From assembly GCA_012517325.1 (NCBI GenBank), contig JAAYVF010000107.1, positions 3,032 through 67,031 of the forward strand: a DNA stretch of 64,000 nt. Reading direction: 5' to 3'. Positions 25,708-34,861 of the stretch are shown here, one piece after another. The notes beneath the pieces are model-generated. The model was not told where the DNA came from and ran no database searches. It saw nothing but the letters and a program-made list of their open reading frames with translations. Made by a program: the position numbers and the translations under genes. The DNA comes from Myxococcales bacterium (GTDB lineage: Bacteria; Lernaellota; Lernaellaia; Lernaellales; Lernaellaceae). Within the stretch, counting starts at the first letter, position 1. Every line of letters begins with the position of its first letter.

Positions 25708-27141
25708 ATGTTCGCCACCTACGATGAACTGCTGAATTACTGCACCACGAACCGCCTGGAAATGATCGACCTGAAGTACATCGATTTGTTCGGCCGCTGG
25801 CAGCACCTCACCATTCCGATCAAGCGCCTGTCGCCGGCGCTGTTCACGGACGGCGAGCCGTTCGACGGGTCGTCGGCGCCCGGTTACAAGAAGGTCGAGT
25901 CGGGCGACATGGTTATCGTGCCGGATATCCGGACGGCCGAGATCGACCCCTTCTGGAACTATCCGACCCTGAGCCTGATCTGCAACATCTGCGAGGCCGA
26001 CACCAAGCAGTTGTTCGGCCGCGATCCGCGCGGCGTGGCCGACCGGGCCGAGCAATACCTGCGCGCGACGGGCATCGCCGATTGCAGCCTGTGGGGGCCG
26101 GAATTCGAGTTTTACATTTTCGATTCGGTCAACGTTCGCGAGGACATCAACACCAGCTTTTACATGATCGATTCGGTCGAGGCCGACTGGAACAGCGGCA
26201 TGGAAGGGCAGAACCTCGGCCACAAAATCCCGCGCAAGGGCGGCTACCACGCGGTGCCGCCGCTCGACGCCATGTTCCAACTGCGCGCCGAAATGTCGAT
26301 GACCCTCGAAAAGATGGGCATCCCGGTGCGCTACCACCACCACGAGGTCGGCGGCCCGGGCCAGTCGGAAATCGAAACGCTGCTCGACACCCTGACCCGC
26401 ATGGGCGACAACGCCATGCGCACCAAGTACATCATCAAGAACATCGCCCAGCGCCACGGCAAGACGGTCACCTTCATGCCCAAGCCGCTGTTCAACGAAG
26501 CCGGCAGCGGCATGCACTTTCACCAGTACCTGGTCGACGCGGCGGGCCGCAACCTGTTCTACGACGAAAAGGGCTACGCGGGACTTTCGGAACTGGCGCG
26601 GCATTACATCGCCGGCCTGCTGCTTCACGGCCGGGCCCTGGTGGCGCTGACCAACGCCAGCACCAACAGCTACAAGCGGCTGGTGCCGGGTTTCGAAGCC
26701 CCGACGAAGCTCTTCTTCGGCCAGGCGAACCGTTCGGCGGCGGTGCGGATTCCCAAGTATGCCGCGAAGCCGGAGGACAAGCGGATCGAGTTTCGGCCGC
26801 CCGACGCGACGGGCAACCTGTATTTCGCGATGGCGGCGCAGCTCATGGCCGGCATCGACGGCATCCGCCGGCGCCTCGATCCGACCGAATTGGGCATGGG
26901 GCCTTACGACGTCAACGTGCGCGACATCCCCGCGGCCGAGCTGGCGAAGATCCAATCGGTGCCCGCGTCCTTGCAGGAAGCCTGCCTGGCCCTCGCGGCC
27001 GATCACGAGTTTTTGCTGGAAGGCGGGGTGTTCAATCGCGGGATCATCGACACGTGGATCGACCATAAGATCAATCACGAATACTACGCCGTGCGGAACC
27101 GCCCGCACCCCTACGAAATCAAGTTGTACTTCGACCTGTAG
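25708..27141 (+). CDS. glnA: glutamine synthetase (type I)
   Basis: 477 aa from the ATG at 25708 (GAGGGAG upstream). Typical GS blocks are present: ...KPLFNEAGSGMHFHQYL..., NSYKRLVPGFEAP, RIEFRPPDA. Confidence 0.9.
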   Translation: MFATYDELLNYCTTNRLEMIDLKYIDLFGRWQHLTIPIKRLSPALFTDGEPFDGSSAPGYKKVESGDMVIVPDIRTAEIDPFWNYPTLSLICNICEADTKQLFGRDPRGVADRAEQYLRATGIADCSLWGPEFEFYIFDSVNVREDINTSFYMIDSVEADWNSGMEGQNLGHKIPRKGGYHAVPPLDAMFQLRAEMSMTLEKMGIPVRYHHHEVGGPGQSEIETLLDTLTRMGDNAMRTKYIIKNIAQRHGKTVTFMPKPLFNEAGSGMHFHQYLVDAAGRNLFYDEKGYAGLSELARHYIAGLLLHGRALVALTNASTNSYKRLVPGFEAPTKLFFGQANRSAAVRIPKYAAKPEDKRIEFRPPDATGNLYFAMAAQLMAGIDGIRRRLDPTELGMGPYDVNVRDIPAAELAKIQSVPASLQEACLALAADHEFLLEGGVFNRGIIDTWIDHKINHEYYAVRNRPHPYEIKLYFDL

Positions 27142-27147
27142 CGGTTT

Positions 27148-28713
27148 TTAGCAGCCGCACCCGCCGTCGTCGTTGTCGTCGTCACCGCTCGTCGAGCCGG
27201 CGTCGTCGTCATTGTCGTCATTGTCGTCATTGTCGTCATTGTCATCGTTGTCGTCGTTGTCGTCGTCATCGTCGGCGGTATCGTCGTCCGGTGGGGTCGC
27301 GTCGTCGTTGTCGTCGTCATCGGCGGGCGTGGTGTCGTCGTCGGTCGGCTCGGTCAACTCGTCGTCGCCGTAGGGGCCGTCGCCGGGCAGGATGCCGTAG
27401 TAAACTCCCAGCCAGTACCCGATGAGGTAATCCACCCCGTGCGCCGTGTGCGCGGGATCCTCGGGCGTGCTGCAGGATACGTGATACGGGCTGCGTTCCC
27501 ACAGCACCGAATCCCAGCAGCGGTCGTCCACCTCGTGGGCGTCGAGGGTCTGCGGATCGATGTCGAAGCCGGTCAGTTCCTCGATCCAGGGGTATTGCTC
27601 CAGCAGATCGCTGGCCCAGACCGAAAACGGGTCGAGCGGCATTTCGCTGCAGGTGACTTCGCGCTGGTAATTCGGCGCTTCCCACATCACTTCCAGGCTG
27701 TGGCGGATGTCTTCAACCATGGCTTCCAGCTCGCCCGCGTCGCAGGTGCCCAGGCGCAGGCAGGCGGCGTAATAAACCGAGTCGAAAAACGGGTTGTGCC
27801 CGTCGTTCGACCACGTGCGGACGTTGACCTTCCAGATCTGAAACAGGTGCTCCATCCGCTCGCGATCGGGCCACAGCCGGAACATGTTCGGCACGTTGGA
27901 GTAGTTGTTGATGAAGGCGTAGTAATCGCTGTACCGGTTGAAAAAGGCGATGCTCGTCACCCACAGGAGGGTCTTGTTCTTTTCGTATTCCGAGTCGAGC
28001 AGATCCCAGAAATAGGGTTCGTCGATGACGTGCGCCGCCTGGATGAGAATCGAGAGCCGGATGTCGGGCAGGATTTCGGCCGCCGAGTAGACGCCGCCCC
28101 AGGGGTCGACGATTTTCCAGTTGTTGCTTTCCAGGGTGAGGATGACGTCGCGGAAATCCTCGCGGATCGTGTCGCGCATCGTCGCGTCGTCGACGCTGTC
28201 GTAGGCCCAGGTCAGGCCCCAGAACCAGGTGATGTACTTGTCGCGGACGTTCTTGCCGAGCCAGAAATCGCCGGCGTAATCGCCCGTGCCGAGATAGCGG
28301 GCGTCGCTGTCGAGCGATTCGACGTTCCACGGCGCCTCGTCGGGCGCGGCGTAGCGGGCCAGGTAGCCCGGATCGCCGGTGATGTCCTTCAGAATATGCA
28401 TGTAATGGGCGATGCGCAGCACCTCGTCGCGCGCCTCGGTCTCGCCGGTGACCTGGTAGCGGATCGCCTGCGTGACCAGGTAGGTGCCGGTCCAGTCGCC
28501 GCTGTCGCCGCTGCCCCAGGTGCGCAGGATTTCGGTGCGGGTTTCGTCGGTGAACAGCACGTCCGAAACGCCGCCCAGGCCGGTCGAATGCCATTCGCGC
28601 AGGAAGGCGGTGTAATCGGCGGCTTTCTGGTGCAGGTACGGGTCGAAATCGCGGGCCGCCGCCGGAACGGCGAGCAGGGCCAGCAAGAGCAGCAAACAAG
28701 TCGCGAGGCGCAT
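27148..28713 (-). CDS. secreted hypothetical protein with C-terminal poly-Asp/Asn linker ending in GCGC-COOH
   Basis: The start MRLATCLLLLLALLAVPAAA|RDF (rc cat 28711-28713) gives a signal peptide. A ~450-aa Trp-rich domain is followed by ...DDDTTPADDDDNDDATPPDDDTADDDDDNDDNDDNDDNDDNDDNDDDAGSTSGDDDNDDGGCGC*. Confidence 0.65.
   Translation of the reverse strand: MRLATCLLLLLALLAVPAAARDFDPYLHQKAADYTAFLREWHSTGLGGVSDVLFTDETRTEILRTWGSGDSGDWTGTYLVTQAIRYQVTGETEARDEVLRIAHYMHILKDITGDPGYLARYAAPDEAPWNVESLDSDARYLGTGDYAGDFWLGKNVRDKYITWFWGLTWAYDSVDDATMRDTIREDFRDVILTLESNNWKIVDPWGGVYSAAEILPDIRLSILIQAAHVIDEPYFWDLLDSEYEKNKTLLWVTSIAFFNRYSDYYAFINNYSNVPNMFRLWPDRERMEHLFQIWKVNVRTWSNDGHNPFFDSVYYAACLRLGTCDAGELEAMVEDIRHSLEVMWEAPNYQREVTCSEMPLDPFSVWASDLLEQYPWIEELTGFDIDPQTLDAHEVDDRCWDSVLWERSPYHVSCSTPEDPAHTAHGVDYLIGYWLGVYYGILPGDGPYGDDELTEPTDDDTTPADDDDNDDATPPDDDTADDDDDNDDNDDNDDNDDNDDNDDDAGSTSGDDDNDDGGCGC
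27203..27273 (-). repeat. 9-nt tandem coding repeats (gtcattgtc / gtcgttgtc on the plus strand) encoding (DDN)n
   Basis: Direct reading: gtcgtcgtcattgtcgtcattgtcgtcattgtcgtcattgtcatcgttgtcgtcgttgtc... Confidence 0.7.
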
Positions 28714-28744
28714 GCGGGTTTCCTTGTTGGTGGTTGGCCGGGAC

Positions 28745-30571
28745 TCAATGCACCCAGCGAGCATACCAGTAGGCGTAACGGAAATCGACGCCGGGCAACA
28801 ACGCGTTGCCGCTGCCGCCGCCGTTCGGGCAATACGGATTCGAGCGCCAGTGGTAATTGCTCACCGGCCGCACCTCCTGCGGGATCGGCTCCTTGCAGAT
28901 CAGGTCGTCGTTGCGGCCTTTGTAGCCCAGCACCGTGACGACGTCGCCGTTTTCCAGCGTGCAGGTGCCGGCGGCGATTTCGTCCTCGTCGCAGTTGATG
29001 ATGCTGGTATCCCAGTAGGGCGGTTCGTGGAAGGCGTAGAGGGTTGCCACGCCACGGTCGACGGCGTCGAGGTCGGGCGCCTGGATCATGGAACCGTACG
29101 CCGAGGCGCCGGATTCGGCGGTCGCGTAAACGAAATCGAACAGCGAATAGGAATATTCCTCCGGCTGGCGTTGGAGCAGAAACGGCCCGTTGAAATACAG
29201 ATGATTGCGCGTGGTATAGCGGATCTTGTCGCGCACGTGCGGATTGTCGAGGTACCGTTGCGCCAGCAAAGCGCCTTCCAGCGCCATGTTCACGGCGCTG
29301 AAATTGGTGATCAGGCCCAGGTTGACGCCGAGCTGCTGGTTCATCGCGATGCGGTCGAGTTCCCGTTCATCGATCAGCGTGTTGTAGAGGTAGTCCTCCA
29401 GCACGGGGTCTTCCGAGCAGTAGGTCAGCGCGGCGACGATGCCCAGGGACATCAGCGAATACATGCCGTCTTTGATCGGCAGCCAGGCGAAGTAATAGCG
29501 GTCGAAGGCGTTTTCATTGAGGTAGCCGTGGTAGGTGGTCCGGCCGTCGGCGTCGAAAATTTCCAGGTCGAAGGCGCCGCCGAGGCTGCCCGGGCCGCCG
29601 GTCCGCTCGACCATCAGTTGCCGGCCGATGTCGCTGGCGTGCTGCTGCAATCGGGTCTTGTCCGCCGCGGCGAAATTCTCGTCGTCGCGGATGACTTCCC
29701 AGAGCGCGCCGAACGCGGCGGCCCAGCCGATGAACTGGTCGCGGCTGCACGAATCCTCCCAGATGTAATTCGGGAAGGCGTGGTCGGCCGAGTTGTCCTC
29801 GCGCCAGGTGCCGTTGTTTTTCTCGGGCGGCAGCGGGTTGCCTTCCTCGTCGAACAGCGGCGTCGTTGCCTGGGTCTGATAAGGGCCGGGGATGTCGGTT
29901 CGGCAGAATCCGCGAGCGATGATGCCCGGCTCGCCGGTGATTTCCACCGCGACGAAAAGCTGCTCGAGGTCGCGCTGGAGAAACTCGCGCGCCCGTTCGA
30001 TATCCTCGGGCGGATAATCCTGATCGCGCAGAACGCCGTACCGGAAGGCGTCGGCCGCGATGCCCACGCCGGCATACAGCCCGGCCACTTTTTGCGTGGC
30101 GGTGATGGCGTCCAGCGGATCCTTGCCGCTGAAGGCCGCGTAGTCCCAGGAATCGGAGTTCTGCAGGAAGTCGGCGATCTGCGCGCGGTCTTCTTCCTGG
30201 ATCAGATCGACGTTGACGTCGGCGTTGACGCCGTTGCCGGCGCAGTTGAACAGCAAGTGCTGGCGGTCGAAGCGGTCGGCCTTGGCTTCGAGTTCGGCGT
30301 CGTAGCCTTCCTCGGCCGGTCCGGGCAATAGCGACGTGCCTTCATAGGGTGGCGTGTTGTCGTCGTTGTCGTTGTCGTCGTTATCATCGTCGTCGTTGTC
30401 ATCATCATCGTCGTCATCATCATCGAGCGGCGAGGAGTCGTCGTCGTCATCGGCAATCCCGGCGTCGTCGTTGTCATCATCATCGCCGTTGTCGCAGGCA
30501 AGAAACGCGCTTACGCCGATGAGCAGAAGGATGAGTAAATAAAAGTAACCACGCCAGTCGGACCGGATCAT
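28745..30571 (-). CDS. lipoprotein with N-terminal poly-Asp/Asn linker; function unknown
   Basis: The start MIRSDWRGYFYLLILLLIGVSAFLAC|DNGDDDDNDD... (rc cat 30569-30571) has a lipobox FLAC. A ~70-aa acidic linker, including DDDDDSSPLDDDDDDDDDNDD...NTPP, is followed by a ~500-aa Trp/Tyr-rich domain. Confidence 0.65.
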   Translation of the reverse strand: MIRSDWRGYFYLLILLLIGVSAFLACDNGDDDDNDDAGIADDDDDSSPLDDDDDDDDDNDDDDNDDNDNDDNTPPYEGTSLLPGPAEEGYDAELEAKADRFDRQHLLFNCAGNGVNADVNVDLIQEEDRAQIADFLQNSDSWDYAAFSGKDPLDAITATQKVAGLYAGVGIAADAFRYGVLRDQDYPPEDIERAREFLQRDLEQLFVAVEITGEPGIIARGFCRTDIPGPYQTQATTPLFDEEGNPLPPEKNNGTWREDNSADHAFPNYIWEDSCSRDQFIGWAAAFGALWEVIRDDENFAAADKTRLQQHASDIGRQLMVERTGGPGSLGGAFDLEIFDADGRTTYHGYLNENAFDRYYFAWLPIKDGMYSLMSLGIVAALTYCSEDPVLEDYLYNTLIDERELDRIAMNQQLGVNLGLITNFSAVNMALEGALLAQRYLDNPHVRDKIRYTTRNHLYFNGPFLLQRQPEEYSYSLFDFVYATAESGASAYGSMIQAPDLDAVDRGVATLYAFHEPPYWDTSIINCDEDEIAAGTCTLENGDVVTVLGYKGRNDDLICKEPIPQEVRPVSNYHWRSNPYCPNGGGSGNALLPGVDFRYAYWYARWVH

Positions 30572-30747
30572 GGCCTGCCTCCGGAGACAATTTTTAAGGA
30601 ACGGCATCGAGCCGCGGTTTTGAACGCGCGTTCATTATGCGGGATCGATTCAGGGAGTCAACCGAAACGAGGCGACCCGATCGACTCGGTCGGATGAAAA
30701 AGTCGCGCGGATGGGTCGGATTCACTATCCGGAAAAGGGCGGCTAAG

Positions 30748-31245
30748 ATGGATTCGGACCAGCGGGGGGAAATCGTGGATCCCACTCAACTGTTGCAGCG
30801 TTCGGTCGATCTGGCGCGCGAGAAGATGCTCGCCGGCGAGGGCGGCCCGTTTGGCGCGGTCATCGCCCGGCAGGGCGAAATCATCGCCGAGGGTTGGAAC
30901 CGGGTCACTTCCGCGAACGACCCGACCGCGCACGCGGAAATCATGGCGATTCGGCTGGCCTGTGAAAAGCTGGGTTCCTTCTCCCTGGCCGGTTGCGAGA
31001 TTTATGCTTCCTGCGAGCCGTGTCCGATGTGTCTGGCCGCCATTTACTGGGCGCGGCTCGAGCGGGTCACCTTCGCCGCGACTCGCGAACAAGCGGCCCG
31101 GGTGGGTTTCGACGACGCGCGGCTTTACCGCGAATTGCGTCTGCCGCTGGAATTGCGGGAGGTAGCCATGGCACACCTGTCATTGCCCGCGGCCGACGCC
31201 GTTTTCGAACTATGGGAAAACAAAACGGATAAAATTCCCTATTGA
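30748..31245 (+). CDS. CDA-fold nucleoside deaminase (TadA/GuaD-like)
   Basis: HAEIMAI...CEPCPMC, the zinc-binding H(A)E / PCxxC signature. About 165 aa from the ATG at 30748. Confidence 0.75.
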   Translation: MDSDQRGEIVDPTQLLQRSVDLAREKMLAGEGGPFGAVIARQGEIIAEGWNRVTSANDPTAHAEIMAIRLACEKLGSFSLAGCEIYASCEPCPMCLAAIYWARLERVTFAATREQAARVGFDDARLYRELRLPLELREVAMAHLSLPAADAVFELWENKTDKIPY

Positions 31246-31659
31246 TCGACCGCATCGCCGGAAAAGGCGGCCGGTTTCAACGGTTATTCGGGTAAAAGCG
31301 CCGGTCCCGCGATGTCATCCCTGATTTTTTGCGGCCGGCGGAAGGCTGGTTTGCTGGATAGATACCGGTGGCACGAGCCGTTGATCGGGTCGAATCCGCT
31401 AGGATTGTCTTCTGAGGCCGAAATGAAATAAACGGTTCGCGTCCCTCGCTTCTGGATTCGAAAAGAACGGAAATCTGACCCTCTTTCAAAAATTCCTCGA
31501 CTTTTCGCCGTGGCGACGGTTTCCCTTCATTTGAGAATCAATTGTATTTACGACGTATTGTCGATGCAGATAACCATGGCACGAATCTTGCCATTAGAAA
31601 AACCATCCTTTGCTTCCTTGAGGTGTTTTCGGATCTGCCGCGGCTGAAGGGAGGTAACT

Positions 31660-33264
31660 ATGGCCATGAAAGATCGTTTTTTCGGATTCCGTTTAATTTG
31701 GGTTCTGAGTGTCGCCGTCTTGCTGCTATTTCCGTTCGGCGGTTGCGAGGATAGCGCAGGCGGCTCCGGCAGTTCGGCCGGCGGCCGATACGATGACGAT
31801 GACGCCGCGGACATGGATGACGACACCTGGGCCGGCGACGACACGGCCGACGACGATGCCGGCAGCGCGGATGACGACGGCGCCGCGGACGACGATACTC
31901 CCGTACCACCGGAAGAAGACATGGAACCCGGGACGTATCCGCAGGTCTGCCAGGGAGCGGTCTATGTGCTGGCCTCCGATTACGATTTCGTCAGCCGGAT
32001 TGACGCCGAGACCTTGGAAATCAAGACCATCACCGTGGGGCGCGAGCCGAAAATTCTGACCGCCACGCCGGATTGTTCCCAGCTTTTAACCCTGAATGCC
32101 AAGGACGACTCGGTCAGCATCATTTCGTTGCCGGGCAACGAGGTGCAAACCCTGGACATTCGCCCCGGCTTGAATTCGCTCGCGGTATCCCCGTCCGGGA
32201 ATTACGCCTTGGCCTATTATTCGTTCACCGATGACGGCCAGGATTATCAGGGATACGGCGAAATTTCGATCGTCGATTTGCGGGACCGGACGGTTCGGTC
32301 GCTGGCCGTGGGATTTCCGCCGGATAGCGTGCTTTACACCAACGACGAACGCGCCCTGCTGGTTTCGACCACCATTCTGGGCCTGGTTCGCCTGACCGAC
32401 GGCCATTTCGAAACCCTGCCGACCGGCCTGGACATCGACGCCGGCCAGCGGATTCGCAAGGCGGCGGTGTCTGCCGATTCGAGCTACGCCTTCATCCTGG
32501 CCGAGGCCGCCACGGACTTGCTGAGCATCGATTTGTCCTCGCTGGAAATCGAGGAATTGGAACTCGGCTGTTATCCGACCGACATGGACGTGGCGGCGGA
32601 GGGCGACATCACCCTGTTGCTCTGCCGCGGCACGGGACAGATTCTGGTGCTCGACAACGGCGACCTGTCGCTGGACGCCTACGAAACCGACGAAGTCGTC
32701 GGCTCGGGGGAATTGACCGCCGACGGCCGACAGGCGGTGCTTTTCACCAATTCCGAGTCGATTGAACGGGTGCATTTGTTTTCGCCGGCGGACGGCAAGT
32801 TGACCACCTACTACACGGTCAAACCGTTGGTCGGCGCGGCGATCGCGCCGGACGACCGCACGGCGGTGCTCTTTCACGAGGGCGGTGACGGCCAGCCGCT
32901 CGACGATTTCGACCAGTATTTCGACGGCCAGGAAGCCATCTCGATCTTCAATCTGAAAAACGGCCTGATCAATCCGGTGGAAACGGCGGTCCGCGCGACG
33001 ACGGTCTCGTTCGGCAGCGACGGCCATTACGCGGTAGTGCCGCAGCCGAATCGGCAAAAATTGCTGTTGCTCGATTTGCAACGGGGATTGGTTGACGTGC
33101 TGGCCACGCCGAGTCTGCCGCTCGACGCGGGCCTGATCGATGATCTGGCCCTGGTCTATGTGCTGCAGGATCACCCGCTGGGCCGGATCAGCTTTTTCGA
33201 CACCCAAACCCTGGCGGTACGGACGGTGACCGGTTTTCTGCTCAACGGCCAGATCGGCGAATAA
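31660..33264 (+). CDS. lipoprotein with acidic linker and repeated beta-propeller-like units
   Basis: GAAGGGAGG lies upstream of the ATG. The protein opens MAMKDRFFGFRLIWVLSVAVLLLFPFGGC|EDS and has a DDDDAADMDDD...DDDTPVPPEE linker. Repeated V(L/I)xxS(P/A)DG / LxVS-like strand units suggest a propeller. Confidence 0.55.
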   Translation: MAMKDRFFGFRLIWVLSVAVLLLFPFGGCEDSAGGSGSSAGGRYDDDDAADMDDDTWAGDDTADDDAGSADDDGAADDDTPVPPEEDMEPGTYPQVCQGAVYVLASDYDFVSRIDAETLEIKTITVGREPKILTATPDCSQLLTLNAKDDSVSIISLPGNEVQTLDIRPGLNSLAVSPSGNYALAYYSFTDDGQDYQGYGEISIVDLRDRTVRSLAVGFPPDSVLYTNDERALLVSTTILGLVRLTDGHFETLPTGLDIDAGQRIRKAAVSADSSYAFILAEAATDLLSIDLSSLEIEELELGCYPTDMDVAAEGDITLLLCRGTGQILVLDNGDLSLDAYETDEVVGSGELTADGRQAVLFTNSESIERVHLFSPADGKLTTYYTVKPLVGAAIAPDDRTAVLFHEGGDGQPLDDFDQYFDGQEAISIFNLKNGLINPVETAVRATTVSFGSDGHYAVVPQPNRQKLLLLDLQRGLVDVLATPSLPLDAGLIDDLALVYVLQDHPLGRISFFDTQTLAVRTVTGFLLNGQIGE

Positions 33265-33275
33265 AGGAGGTTGCC

Positions 33276-34736
33276 ATGAAAAGCGCTAGGATCTACGGCT
33301 GGCTGCTGGCCCTGGCAGCCCTGTTTTTCATCACCGGTTGCGATCAACTTGCCGATTGGTTCGGCGACGATGACGACGACAACGACGACGACAAGGCGCC
33401 GTTCCGCTATCTGTCGGATTTCGACCTCGGCGCGCGGTTGGGCGCGGTCGATCCCTATGATGGTTCGTTGGACCTCATCGATCCGCTGACGCTCGACCGA
33501 TATTCCATACCGACCTCGCCGGGTTTCAGCGCGCTGGCGTTGACTCCCGCCGGCGACCTGGTGGCGATGCTCGACGGCGAGGCGAACCTGGTGCGGATCG
33601 TCGATCCCGTCGCCGGCCGGGTGGAGGGTGAAATCGCCATCGGCGAGGGCGTGAACGCGCTGCGCGTTTCGCCGGCCGGCGATTACCTGCTCGGTTTTTA
33701 CGATCCGAGCGCGGGCGAGGTCGATTTCGGCGACAGCGGGGTGATCAACTACTACGAATTGGACGTGATCGATCTGGTGGCGTTGACCGCTCGGCCGATC
33801 CTCATCGATTTTTCCCCGTCGCAAGTCGTGTTCGCGCCGAGCGGCCGGCAGTGCCTGTTGGGTTCGGACCATCGCCTGGTCTGGCTCGATCTGGAATCCG
33901 GGGCGAAGGTCACGTATCCGCTTACCCTCGATCCGACCGAGTCGCGCGAACCGCGCGATATCGCCATCAGCCCCGACGGTTCCACGGCGCTGGTCCTGGT
34001 AAACGGCACCGACGATATTTTCGTCCTCGATCTCGTCAATCCGACCATCAACATTTTGAATCTGTCCGGGCAAGCCGAGTCCGTCACCTTCTTGCCCGAT
34101 AGCCGCGTGGCGCTGTTGCCGGTGCCCGACACCGGCCGGCTCGGCATCATCGACCTGGACGCCGCGATGCCCGCCGAAATCAGTCTGGGCGAAACGGCCT
34201 CGCGGTTGCGGCTCAACCCGGATGGAACTCAGGTCGTCCTCTATCGCGAGGGCGGCGATCAACTGATTTTTTACGATCCCGCGATGGAAGAAGTGTCGGC
34301 TTTGCCCCTGAACGTGCTCATCGAATCCGAGGAAGGCCGCCCGTCGGTCGCTTATTCACCGGATGGCCGGCGGATTCTGGTCGTCGGTCAATACGGTTCG
34401 GGACCGTCGGGCAAGCTGGACATGGATCTGGTTGATCTGAAAAAGAGCATCGCTTTTCCGATCGGTTTGGATGCGAGCTGGATCGACTATGCCTTTACGC
34501 CCGACAGCGCCCGCGTTGGTGTGCTGCTCGGCGAACGAAATAAATTCATCCGCTTGGATCTGAACTCGCTTCAGCCCGTCTGGTGGGAAATCGCCGCCGC
34601 CGCTCGCGAATTGCACTACCTGTCCGAATTGGGGATTTTTGCCGTTCAGCACCACGATCGACACGGCAAAATCACCTTCATCGGCGACCAGGGAAGCGAT
34701 TTGTATAAAATAAAACGGGGATTTTTCGACGACTGA
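33276..34736 (+). CDS. lipoprotein, tandem paralog of 31660..33264 (beta-propeller-like)
   Basis: AAGGAGG lies upstream. It opens MKSARIYGWLLALAALFFITGC|DQLADWFGDDDDDNDDDK, followed by repeats such as ISPDGSTALVLVNGTDDIFVLDL. Confidence 0.55.
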   Translation: MKSARIYGWLLALAALFFITGCDQLADWFGDDDDDNDDDKAPFRYLSDFDLGARLGAVDPYDGSLDLIDPLTLDRYSIPTSPGFSALALTPAGDLVAMLDGEANLVRIVDPVAGRVEGEIAIGEGVNALRVSPAGDYLLGFYDPSAGEVDFGDSGVINYYELDVIDLVALTARPILIDFSPSQVVFAPSGRQCLLGSDHRLVWLDLESGAKVTYPLTLDPTESREPRDIAISPDGSTALVLVNGTDDIFVLDLVNPTINILNLSGQAESVTFLPDSRVALLPVPDTGRLGIIDLDAAMPAEISLGETASRLRLNPDGTQVVLYREGGDQLIFYDPAMEEVSALPLNVLIESEEGRPSVAYSPDGRRILVVGQYGSGPSGKLDMDLVDLKKSIAFPIGLDASWIDYAFTPDSARVGVLLGERNKFIRLDLNSLQPVWWEIAAAARELHYLSELGIFAVQHHDRHGKITFIGDQGSDLYKIKRGFFDD

Positions 34737-34861
34737 CCGGCAACGGACCGAATCGCGGGGGGATGATGAGAATCATTCCCCCGTTTTTCCCCTGTAACGG
34801 CCTTTCGCAAACGGATACAATCGGTTAAACATTCCTTCGATTTTGACCGGAGGAGCCGACC

